A DNA stretch of 64,000 bases, from assembly GCA_973895155.1 (NCBI GenBank), contig OZ316894.1, forward strand, positions 1,628,457 to 1,692,456, in the 5' to 3' direction. Below the pieces are notes generated by a model, which worked only from the letters and a program-made list of their open reading frames with translations, searched no databases and was not told the DNA's origin. The stretch's first letter is position 1; each line of letters opens with the position of its first letter. Below, piece by piece: positions 27,250-38,730 of this stretch. The translations under genes and the position numbers were made by a program. This DNA is from Marsupella aquatica. Lineage: Eukaryota; Plantae; Marchantiophyta.

Positions 27250-30124
27250 TTAGCAATGGGGTTTTCTTAGAATACGTCGTTTAATGTTTCAATATGTAAG
27301 CATTTCGATGAATTGGCTGATTTTAAGCCCTTTCAACTTTTACTAGCGCCAGGCGCTCCTCAAACATACTGTCTTTATTTTATTTTTATTTCAGATTCTT
27401 CAAGTTTGAGTTATGAGGACGTGTGCTGAGGTGCAATATTGGCTAGCGCCGGGCGCTTCCCAATCTTGTAAAGGTTCTTGGGTGTGGATTCTTTCCTGTT
27501 TGTGGTTGCATAAATGTTTTGCTTTCCGTATGATTTTGTGGTATTAGATGAACTGGCGTGAACAGTCGTGGGTCTTTGCAGCTAGATGTCTTCTGGAAAG
27601 ACCCTGATCGGGAGGAGGCTGGAATAGACGATGGTTGTCAACTGGGATTACTGTAGTAGCTCCAGGCGCAACTGAAAGGTTTTGGTTAATTATAATTGAC
27701 TTGAATAACCTTCTGAGATCGAACATTTCATAACCCCCTTCATTAATTATCCTCCGAGAGTGCAATTGGTACAAATTATAAACTCTTCACAGCGCCCGGC
27801 GCTAGCAAAAATTGTGGAGAGTTCCTACCGCTACGAGTTTCTTATATTTACTCATGTTTGTCTTTTAAAAAAACCTCACCTTTGGCGTTATTTTTACCAG
27901 CGCCGGGTGCTACCAGAAAAAAATTTCAAAACTTTGAGACTAGAATTTTCCTGTTACCAGTATTTTTGCCTGTTACCAGTTTCTGTTATGAATACCTGTT
28001 TCCTGTTTTCCTGCCTTTTGTAAACACCTCCCGTAGGGAAAGTTGTTGTTTCCGAATTCCCTTTACAAAGTCAGATCGATGAGATGCATTGGCCATACAA
28101 AATAATGGAACATTCGTTTTCAATCTTTGAGTCTCTGCGGTCCTATTTTCAAAATCAGCTGCTGTCCAAGGGAGGCTGAGTACAAATTCTTGTTACTTCA
28201 TTATCCCATCCCGTTGCGTAGGATTTGTAGTCAACTACAACCTCTGCTTCTGGATCGTTTACTGTTTGGGCTTGAATGGTTTATATTGGCAAATGTTTTA
28301 ATCTTTTTCTTAGCAAGTACTCTCGATTTCCCTGCGTTACCTCAAGTTTTCAATTACCGCCAGGCCTGGTTTAGTTTGCCATTGCCATCTTGTCTCAGAC
28401 GTGTGTTCATCACTCTGCTGTCCTGAAGGCGCAGGACTGCATTTGTAGGAACAAAATTATCCTAAGCTGCACGAAACCGCTCAAGGGAAAAAGGCCACGG
28501 GCTGTCACTGTACCAAACACCTATAGTGTGGAAGCCATGGCGAGCACAGGATTCTAAGTCAATTACCATCCCAGAAATGTTCCTAGTTTGAGAGCTCACT
28601 TAAATGCCAGGACGCTTCGAATACGTTTACTTAGTTTGTTTCAAACTCAGGCTAATCCCAGAATGTCACTTACCTAGGACTATAGTCCTCAGAACTTTCC
28701 CGTGTACAACCTGATAGGATTATGGATCCCCAACGTTCATCGAGTTTGTCCACTTGCGAAAAGGTGTGGTCAGCTCTGCTTTCCTTGGACTTTTCTCCCT
28801 TTTTCCCAGCAGTTCCCTTATCGGTTAGACGAACTTAAAGCCCATATAGACACAGACTTTTGCAAAAACGCCCGGATGGACAAGGACGACTCGGATGGAC
28901 ACAGGCCGAAGTTGCATTTATGCTTGTATAACACATATTGGCTGCATGTTCCAAGGGTGACCTGTAAAGAGCTGTTTGACCGGGAGCAGGAGGTTTTCAG
29001 TCGGTCCATCCGGTTGTCTATCCATATCCCGGTTTCCCTTCCTCAACAACGGCTTCAGTAGTCCTATCGACGCTTTGGCAGAAGTACATGGTTAACACAA
29101 AGGCCTCGACCACAGCGACACATTTCTCTAGGTTTAGACATAATGTGCATAGAGCACTTAACACATAGCACTATCGTCGCGTGATCAGAATCAATCTTGA
29201 TGGAGAGGAAATTGGAAGCATTCAGCATTTTATGTTCTATGTGTATGGGCCCAAAGCAACGTTCACATCGGCACAGGGGAGGCAAAAACGAGCACGAGAA
29301 GTCTTTCGAGGATAAGAAGCTGCATACTGTGCTGCATGATCGTGACTTGCCCAGCTGACTTGGGACCAGCGCTATCGGGACCAGCTACAATCGCTAGCAG
29401 CGCTATGTAGAGTTGGAGGCTAGATGAGAGCTAAGTGCTCTGTGTAGACAAGCATCAGTTGAAGGTCACATTCATACATAGTGGCCAGATCGAGCAGAGT
29501 AGGGGACACAAAGGAATTCAAGGTCACGAAGGAGGGCGAGAATGTGCGTGACCTAGCGCACTGATTTGCATGTGAATTGTAAGTACCGGAAGGGTCCAGT
29601 CTGCTGACCTTTAGGCGTTGCGTAATGTGCTGTGGTTGAGGTCGCCTAGCTCAATCAGGACGGGAAATCACAACAGCTCAACAGCACCTGCCCTGCTCAA
29701 TTGCAAATCATTGCTGGAATCAAACCAAGCTCAATAGCAGCACGCCCAGCTGAATCAAAAAATCATTGTAGCTCACCAGTGTCATTGAGATTTGTAAGTT
29801 CTTCATGAATGAATCGTTGTTGAATGATTAGTCTGCCTCTATCGCGTCTGCAAATGTCTCGAATTCCTTGGCAGTCAAAACTGAGTGTGGAGCTTTCAAA
29901 TGATATGTCAATGAGCAATTGAAGATTGTGACTCCAGGGAAGCATTGTTAGCCCACATCAGGCTTTGCCAAGCATTGTGAAGGTAATTGTTTCCAACTTA
30001 CATTAGTCTCGTAGATGCATTATGTTTGCTACAATAGGAAATTCATCCTACAAATGAAGTTTGGTCTCCTGTAGTATTAATTGTCAGAGATGCATGTGCT
30101 TGCAGGTTTAATTGGTCACAAGTC

Positions 30125-30742
30125 ATGGACGTTGGCCAGTCTTCTCATGTAGTATGCTTTGATAGCGACTTACAATCCATTTCTGAATTCCTTCAACAAT
30201 GGAAGCCATCATCCATTCCTTTCAACTACATTGAATGGCTGACTGTTAGCACCCTCCAGTCTGACAAGGATTCAAACTGCCTTGTCAATACAAATGGGTT
30301 AGCCATGGCTTGGGAAGCATTGTGTCTTTCCTCCCACGAAAGGCTGCAAAACACTCATATTGAAAGTCTAGCTATTGCCAATAACGTCCTCTCGGGAAAA
30401 TGGATGATTTTTGTTGACAGTCATGCCATAGATACCCAGTGGGCGAAAATTGCTACCGCTATTGTTCAGGATTGCCTGGCAACCAATGCCAAGGTTTCCA
30501 CATCTCATACTAAACATCTGAAGTCTGGGTTTCCCAAAGAGGAAAAGATCCCTCACGGTCAGCATGTCATTTGTGTCTGGTCTGCTAATTTCACTAACAT
30601 TGAGGATGTTTTTGGACTGAGGGATTGCCTACGGAGTGTAGGGTTCACTGATACTCTATTTTATAAGCCTGATGCATACTCTGTCTGTGGGGTGTATGCA
30701 GGTAACAGGCTAGGCCTCTCAGCTGCTAAATACGCAGCTTGA
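30125..30742 (+). CDS. DUF1917 / Bles03 (C11orf68-like, eIF4E-like fold) protein, MULE cargo
   Basis: SGKWMIF...W.KIA.A...AKVST...VICVW..NF...DVF.L...LR...LFYKPDAYS..GVY..N family pattern; intact 205-aa ORF. Confidence 0.75.
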   Translation: MDVGQSSHVVCFDSDLQSISEFLQQWKPSSIPFNYIEWLTVSTLQSDKDSNCLVNTNGLAMAWEALCLSSHERLQNTHIESLAIANNVLSGKWMIFVDSHAIDTQWAKIATAIVQDCLATNAKVSTSHTKHLKSGFPKEEKIPHGQHVICVWSANFTNIEDVFGLRDCLRSVGFTDTLFYKPDAYSVCGVYAGNRLGLSAAKYAA

Positions 30743-30743
30743 C

Positions 30744-31244
30744 ATGGCCTGGATTTTTTCAGCTGTACTACACATGCTCCATAGTGTGAAGTCTTTCATC
30801 ATGGCCTTCATTGTGTTCCTTGTAGGGCCTCGTGACAATCTTGAAGTCCTCAAACCGGTCCATGACCCTAATGACCAGCCTGTTCTGGATTCAAAAATGA
30901 TTTCTGGTGACAAGCTCATTCCAACCTTGGATGATGTTGAGGGGCAGGCTGAAGGGCAGAACATTGAGAGTACTTTGAAGGCATTCCATCTCCTCCCTCC
31001 CCTGCCTAACGATGTAGTCCTTGCCCATATTTGGCCAAGATTGTCAGTTCCGTGCCAATCCCAGGACATCATGTCCATTCGATGCATTAGTAAAGGCTGG
31101 AGAGCAGTGGTTGACGAATCAAATTATTGGAAGGCACTAGGGCCTCTACTGTCAGGGCCTGGCCCACGTCCTAAAGTGGTGGCTAGGAGGATGGGGTTTA
31201 GATGTTATGTTGGAATTAGGGGTTGGGTACCTTACACAGGATGA
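30744..31244 (+). CDS. Small F-box-like protein, MULE cargo
   Basis: LLPPLPNDVVLAHIWPRL...IRCISKGWRAVV matches the F-box pattern LPxD...I..RL...CxSKxW. Confidence 0.6.
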   Translation: MAWIFSAVLHMLHSVKSFIMAFIVFLVGPRDNLEVLKPVHDPNDQPVLDSKMISGDKLIPTLDDVEGQAEGQNIESTLKAFHLLPPLPNDVVLAHIWPRLSVPCQSQDIMSIRCISKGWRAVVDESNYWKALGPLLSGPGPRPKVVARRMGFRCYVGIRGWVPYTG

Positions 31245-31512
31245 CCATGTTATTCAACAAATCCTGTACATTACCAGTGATGAGTTCCGTCTCAATTTTG
31301 GCCCAGTTATGTAGGCAACAAGTTATTGTAATTTTTGTTCTTTTGTCTATAAAAATTGCTTTGTCACAGCATTACAATTGTGTCCATTATTGAAGCATGT
31401 GTATTGGTGAATGCAATGGCATTTTGGTATAAACGCTTTGTCTATATGTTCTTCACGCTCAACTCCCCTCCACTGATCGAGCATGTTGGTTATGTACATC
31501 ATGCACTGTAGG

Positions 31513-32527
31513 ATGCCAGAACCTCGTCCTAATCGCATTCGCATGACTGGAATTCAAAGATTGGAGTCCATACTTGCTCGTGGGGAAGACTTGCCGTATG
31601 GTGCTCAAATACAAGCTCATGTCAGAACTCGACTCACATACATTCTGCCTGTTTTGGGCTCTTTCACCTATTTGGGTTGTGGACAGAAGATCCGAACCTC
31701 AACAAGACTGTGCAAAAGATCCACAGCTCCATCACGTTGTTTGGATCTAGATGGTGGGCAGCACTCCTCAAGCCACAATGGTCCATGTGACAACCGAGAC
31801 GTACAGGGCAACTTGGTTCTGGAGGTTTCGAGCAATCATTACTGATGATGTGCAGGTCGTGGAGTGTGCAGTGTGGGATGTTGGCTCTGAAATTTTGAGG
31901 GTTGGACCTAATCCCTATGAAGCTGCACAATTCAGTGTCCTCCCTTTTGTGCAACAACGTGATCTTCTGCTCTCACGGATGCAGAACATCTGTGGCACAT
32001 ATTTCCTTTTTGATATCATATTTCAGCGGCCTGACGAAGAGTCAAATGATCCTACCTGGTTCATTGTTGGAATGACACGAACCAATGTAGGTCCATTTCA
32101 TGCCAAACCCTCTGTCTCTAGAAAACAGGATGTGGGTCCGACACCAACTTACTCCCCTGAGCATGAAATCCGTTATGTTGCAGACTGTGTACCAGCTTCC
32201 TCACGCCAGGAGTATGGGGCTCCAGCCATTGAAAATATTATCAGCCCAATCACAGTCACGACCCCAAATTTGCACCATGACAGTGATGATGGTGTACATG
32301 GTTTGGGTGATGCTTTGCATCGATTGGACATTGGTGTTGGTAGCAGTCATGAATGTCATGCACATGACTACACTCTTCACAACCTTCGGTCTAGATACTT
32401 GAGTCATCTTAGCAACTTGATTGAAAAGTGTGAGGACGAGCTAGAAGCAAAGGAGTTAGACGTGAGACAGTCAAAAGAGTATTTGGATGACTTACGTTCT
32501 GAGTACAACATGGTTCAGAATTTGTAG
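31513..32527 (+). pseudogene. RPA70 C-terminal-like Zn/OB-fold protein with a coiled-coil tail; one frameshift near 31750
   Basis: FTYLGC...CKRS... followed by WRFRAIITDD...VECAVWDVGSEIL, resembling Rep_fac-A_C (Y.AC..C.KK...YR.....SD.TG...T.F...AE.IL). Confidence 0.45.
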
Positions 32528-32599
32528 ACTCTGATTAAAATTTGATGAAAATAAAGAGAAACCTCACATTCTGCTTTGTCACAACATGTTTTGCTTTGT

Positions 32600-35500
32600 C
32601 ACAGCATGTTCACACTCACTGAATGTCTTGTGAATATCATGTATAGTGTGACCAACCAAAGTTTATGAAGCCATCCCTATATCCTACAGCTCCCTACTTT
32701 GTTGCGATTCCTCATACCATTGAGAGAAAGATATTTTGGGTGCTGGTCAACTATCCCAAATGATCCATTCAGACTCAATCTTGTCCCGCTCCATAGTGTG
32801 AATAGAGCAGACCCTCAAAAAATCAGCAGACCTATTCATGCGGACCTGTGCTCTTTGGTTTGGGATAACACATCCTCGACGGTTATGCCCTGCCTGGCCA
32901 CAAACACCACACTTGTGGTGTTGTTTGGCTGCAATGCGCTCAGATGCAATGACTTGCTCAAATCTATACACAAACATGTGAAAATTAGCCTCCATTTAAG
33001 AGAATATGTATCAAGTCTGAACATGTCACATGTTGCAGTACTATTTCATTCATATGTAAGTCATACCTTGATGCCATTCGCTTCAGTGACCTGGATGCCT
33101 TCTTCTTCGATGAAACAACAAGAGGTTGGAGACACTTTGAATCTTTATGTAATCCATCTAATGAAATTGGGGAAAGACTTATTGTCTAAGCCAATACCTG
33201 CAAGCCAAGCAAGACAACATCATGAATTTTTTACTACAAAAACTGGGAATTTCAAAAATGGTACATTATAAAAGTTTAGATTGTAATGGTGTCCCACTGA
33301 CCTGTGATTTGGCCATCCAAATGTTGTCAATGTACACTTTTTCATTTAAACCACGATTGTGGCAAAATTTAATAGCATGAACACATGGAAACCCCATCTC
33401 AGCCCAGTCCTTGCATTCACATTGTCGTGACTTCACATCTAGAGCCCATTGTCCTTGGGAATCACACATCAAAGCAGTAGTGGCTGATGATGGACGCTCC
33501 TCCACCCCACCTGCTTTAGTATACAATGTATTGAGCATCCATGTTGCATGTTGCGTCAAGCTATTATCACCTGCAGGCCAAGCTACAATGCACAAGTATC
33601 GAGGTTAATATAGATTCATTCATGCATCCGTAAGTAGGAGAATTAAATGTCTTACGATTTTAGTTACATCTTACTTGCTGCATCAACTGCTCTGCTGTAA
33701 TGCTTGGTCATCGTGTAGTCCCAAAGTTCCTTGCATATTAGTAGTGCGGGCAGTTTGCGAATTGGTTTAATCACTCCATTTAAAATCTCCACCACGTTTG
33801 AGGTAGTATGACCCCACCTACATGATGAACACATACAGTAATAAAAAACCCAAGATCGTTTTGGTGAAAACAAATAACAGGAGTACTGTTGTGGAAACTG
33901 TGCATAGGCTATACCTTGGTGCTGGGAAGGCATGACGTGAGTAGAGCTGAGGGTCAATAGCTCGAATATATCGAATCCCAGCCTCTTGACGGTCATTTAG
34001 TGGTTGGTACTTGTTCAACATGCGGTCAAATTCGGATTTGCGGACCTCACGAGCCAACTGAGCACTCAAAACAGAGACATATGAGTGGACATTTGACTAA
34101 ACTTAGTGATATGCAGTGAAGAACTCACAGAAGGGGTTGGAATAGATGAATTGAGTAAAGGGGTTCAATCACATGTACCTTCATAAACCAGTCACCAAGT
34201 GCTTTGTCTGAGTTGGTTATGACATTTGCCCTAATGTGTCATGTACAAAATGAGTGATGAATGTCACCCCAGATGGTTTGTACTGCTGGAATCAAACCTT
34301 TATCATGATCTGAGACAATGACAGTCTCACTCTCCATCCTCATTCTAGGATAGGCTCTATCAACATGAGCCATGAACCAAATCCAATTTTCCTTGTTCTC
34401 CACGCCAACAACAGCCCATGCTAGTAATAGAATATGGTTGTTACAGTCAAAGGTTGTTGCCAGCAATATAATTATGGGAAATTCTCCTCCTGTTATGAAA
34501 ACATGACATCAGTGATGCAGGTGCAGGTGCTAGTGGTGATAAAGTTGAGTAAAAAAAAGTTCAAGTCTTTGTCTTGTTACCTGTGTGCGTGGCATCCATC
34601 CCAACAAAGGGTCGAACATATATGGATGAAGGCATTTTGTGAAGATGATGGTGCCATAAAAATTCTGCGAAATTGATTGTCAGATTCATATGTTTCGCAC
34701 AATACGTGTGAGCCAGGGTCAGTATGTTTGACCTTAGCCACATAGGCTGGAATCATTTGGAAGGATGTGCCATGATCACCACCAAGCATTCAAATGACTG
34801 TCCGCCGTGCTCGCTGTGCAGTCCATACTGTAGTATCAGCAGAATGGATGTCACGAATGTGCCCTCTGAGGTCTTTATTGGATGTGCTTGGGTTAACACG
34901 GATGCTTGACTGGACCTTTTCCTCCACCCATTGCCTCTTATGAGCACCATGTCTCCACTTGTGTTTAGATTGTGAACAGGTGTGGATAAGGTAGCTTTTT
35001 TGAATGCAAACTCTGCCACTTCCTTTCATGTGCCTCACATAAATTTCAGCTTTGCATGAGTCCAAATCATTCACAACAAACCCTCTACACTTACCCATGA
35101 ATCTGGTTTTATTCCTAGCAATTCTAGTGAAACTCCATCCTGCCTTGGCCTCATATTCATCCAATGCTCTATTAAAATCATTCCAAGTAACATATTGTTG
35201 CCCTTTTACCAGTTTCAGTTCCAACTCGGATGGTTGATGATTGTTCACAAATCCTGCGTGCCCCATGCCCCATGATTGCCAATGAAGTTAAATAGTGAAT
35301 GCAGAAAGATTATATGCTGAAAACATGTATGTACGTGGTGGAGGTAGATAGGGTGTACCTGATTCTGCTGGATCCAACTCACAGTGCCACTCATCCTGGA
35401 CAAGCTCACTGATATCAATACAAGGATTCTTCTCAGGGTTATCTCTGAATTCTGGATGGTCTTCACAGTCTGATTCAGAACCCAATGTCCATTCAGTATC

Positions 35501-35662
35501 GTGATTGCCATGAAATGTGGGTTCCGGGGTGGGTTCTGATTCTTTTTCGGAGTTGTCAGTACAATAATCAGAGTCAGAATCATTGGTGTCATAGGATGAA
35601 CATTGCACATGTTCTTCAGTATGTGGCCAAGACCCTGAAGCTGAGAACTCTGGAGGGTCCAT
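32600..35662 (-). pseudogene. MuDR transposase (DNA-binding region, MULE DDE, SWIM, Zn knuckle); degenerate
   Basis: LVKGQQY..., RPFVGMDATH, LAWAVVGVENKENWIWF, IVSDHDKGL, TSNVVEILN, CECKDWAEMGFPCVHA, CGVCGQAGHNRRGC; stops and frameshifts present. Confidence 0.9.
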
Positions 35663-36474
35663 GGTGTATCTGCAACTCGTTCAACCTGTGCATTATAAAG
35701 CACTCACATATTAATAACAATAACTTTGGTCACATCTAGGGTCCTTTGTGTGCAACACAGGTCACATTTTCATGCCAATCTCAAGCACGTTTAGTGTGTT
35801 CGGAGCATACCATAAGTCTATAACTGTGTTACACATACAGTAAACAATTCGACATGTATGTGCTCTGAATTCTTACAAGGAAGGTCGGCAAAATTGATTT
35901 TGATGACCAGTAGTACTTGTCCTCCAGTGAACTGATGTGAAAAAGGTTCAGCCCATGAGCCGGACATCGGCAATCACATAGAGTTGAGCTTCTTCGTTCC
36001 ACCAACATCTGCGATTCGTTACCCCAAGAAGCCAACATCCATTCAGATTGTGCTTGGGATCGAATAAGTACTCCTGCTCTTTCAGTTTCCAATCCGAATC
36101 CAAGTTGATTCAATCCAGGCCCTCATAAGTCCTCAATCGTAACTGCGGGGCATGCGTTTTGCTTCGAAGTACTCCCGGATTGGTGGTTTCAACACAAACT
36201 TATTCCACCTGCGATTTGGCAAGAACTCCTCCCGATGTACAATTCACAGCTCATTTGGCCACTTAAACCTGCAGCGCAGCGATGCAATCGACATTGAAAT
36301 TTTTTGCTGTCAAATGCTTCCTTGACGAGCTTGCATCCTTCATGATTGTTTTGCAAATTCAGCCTGGATTGAATGTGATAAAGCCTGAACACATTCGTTC
36401 GATTCTGCTAAGCTGATCGGGACTAGGGCATATCCCCTGCCATGCCAAGCTTTTCGCAAAACTGCTACTATGGT

Positions 36475-36636
36475 GGCCACATTTCCGTCACGAAGGGAGG
36501 CGATCCGCTAGCATACTTGGCAGCGACCTTCCGCGGGTTGAAGGAAGGACGGAAGGCCACATTTCCGTCACGAAGGGAGGCGATCCGCTAGCATACTTGG
36601 CAGCGACCTTCCGCGGGTTGAAGGAAGGACGGAAGG
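36475..36636. repeat. Perfect 80-bp tandem duplication in the MULE subterminal region
   Basis: ggccacatttccgtcacgaagggaggcg...aaggaaggacggaa occurs at 36475 and 36555. Confidence 0.9.
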
Positions 36637-38730
36637 AAAACGACTAAACGTACTTAACGTATGAACCATGGTTAGGTTCCAGTCATGAGCTCCCGGTAAT
36701 CCATTTTGGGTGTCACTGGGTATTGTTGTGACACTGTCAACCTTATGTGTCCATCCGGGTCGTCATCGCAAAAGTCTGTGTCTATATGGGCTTTAAGTTC
36801 CGGTTAGACAGAAAGTTTTTGAAATAAAAAAGAGACAAAAAAGTCTTTTCACATGTCGACATCCCTGCAGAACGACTGTATGCGTTGCTCAATGTCCCAG
36901 GAGTCGGATCTCGTGGAAGAACATGGCCGTGCCTGTTGGTCAATCGATTGACTGAACGAACCATCTGTCGTATTGTCCAGTAGGAGAATCTTTAGTCTAT
37001 TATTTATTAATACTTTGTGGGTCCGCCTGCGAGCAAAGGCTGCAGAGTGATGCTGAAAGATGAGGGAGGCTGGCGTGGTGTTGACGAAGTGCACTTCCTG
37101 TTGCTCCTGCAGGCTCTAGTACGAGAGATTCTTAGTTGAAAGGAAATCCATCGATCGAACAGAGAGTTCTCGGGACTTTGCACTGCATCTTCCGTAGTTC
37201 CATGAGGAAACTTATCCCCGAATTTATCCTTAATGATTGCAGCACATTCGATGTCCAAACGTTGTAGCGAGATCCTTCTCCAAAGGGATGGCTATTGTAC
37301 GAAGTCGGTGTGGCCTCCAAGACATAGCTCAGAGCACTCTGACATGGTTTGCAGGTCTGCACCCTTTTCGTTTCGACACTCCAATGTCATAGAGTAGAAA
37401 CTTCTCTGGGTATGGCAATGCTTCGATTGGGCCGGGGTGGCTCGATCAGCCCGGGATACAGTAACTACAGTAGCTCGACAGTTAACTGGTCTTTCCTTCC
37501 TTCCCCACAACCGATATCTTAGAACTAGTAGATATACAGTGAAGCTGAAAACTTTCCTCTTGCACGAAGACTAAGTCTAACATTGTACTTGCGGCGGCCT
37601 TGCTACGGGCGCATCTCCTTACGAGTAGTCTTGGGTTGCATCTGTTTGTGCGGGTGTGGGTATTGGGGCCGCAGTTCGCTAGACAGGCGCTTGACCTTCT
37701 CTGCATCCAGATAGATTCTAGCTTTCAAAGTAATAAAATCTACTTAAGTTGAAAACTGTGTCGTGCTTGCAATTGAGAGTGGGTCGATTATAATTGCCGG
37801 TGCATATTGTTTAGAGCACTCTATGTGTGTGAGGGGTTGGGGGACCGGGCTCTTGGTGAAGGGTGATATACACTTTGCAGTCTACAGACAATTTAATGGC
37901 GTCGAAGATCACAGTCATCCAGCATGGGTCCAAATTACCTTTTGCAGGCTCCTGCTGTCTCACGACAATCTAGGCGGATCTTGTGGCGTCCAAACTCTTC
38001 TCCAGGACTGCACAGCTGAAAGTAACCTGCTCCATTTGCTGTCGCTCCACCGATTGGGCTGGAAAGCACGGCTGAACTTGATTAGTGTGCAATTGGGACG
38101 GATGATATCGGACATCGGCTATATCGTTCTATACCTAGATCTAGACGGTCAGCATTTGATGTATGCTCGATCCTACACCACTAGTGCCGCTCCAGTTTTC
38201 AGTCGCTATGATTCGAGGTCTCGCAAATTCATAGCCGTGCTAGGCATCACCTGGCCTTGATGATCCTTGTGACCCTTGTATATGCCAACCATACCCAATT
38301 TCTCCAAGCTCTCTTGGAACCTTTGATCTGATTAAGTGTCACTCTGAATCTGTGGAACAGATGAGCATTTCACTGGCTCTTGGAAGTGGTGAGGACAACT
38401 CTTGTTGGGTTAGTAATGGTTCAACTCAACAGGGGTTCTCCCTGAATCATGAGGATGCAGCATTGCTCAAATATTAAGGACACATAACTCCGGCGACGAA
38501 CTGAGTACGCGGGTAAGGCCACTCCACGAAGAAATACATTTTTTCTGCAAGACATTCATGTCCAATGGTAGTAGCGAATTCGTTTTCCAAACGACATCGC
38601 TATAATTATGCAGTTTCGGTGGCCTCACAGACATAGCAGCGACGTTAATGTGTGAAGGCCTCCGAGCTTAGATACTGTTATCGTAATCGCTGACGGCTTT
38701 CTAATCCGTGTCTGGTCGGACTGCAGATTC

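Larger units (their letters stand above)
18135..27913. repeat. About 18 dispersed copies of the 15-bp palindrome TAGCGCCNGGCGCTA
   Basis: Seen near 18136, 18289, 19947, 20132, 22371, 22433, 22496, 22560, 22664, 22809, 23946, 25354, 25411, 26199, 27344, 27444, 27790 and 27898; a few have terminal mismatches. Confidence 0.9.
17746..28030. mobile_element. Mutator-like DNA transposon, 10.3 kb, with two divergently transcribed genes
   Basis: 8-bp TSD CCGTAGGG (17738-17745 and 28031-28038); degenerate inverted ends built from aaacagg/cctgttt units; right end (revcomp gaggtgttt...aacagg) resembles the left end of 7198-10670; contains a MULE transposase. Confidence 0.8.
28831..36800. mobile_element. 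MULE with cargo genes, 7970 bp
   Basis: TIRs gaacttaaagcccatatagacacagacttttgc / gcaaaagtctgtgtctatatgggctttaagttc; perfect 9-bp TSD CGGTTAGAC (28822-28830 and 36801-36809); MuDR transposase inside. Confidence 0.95.
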
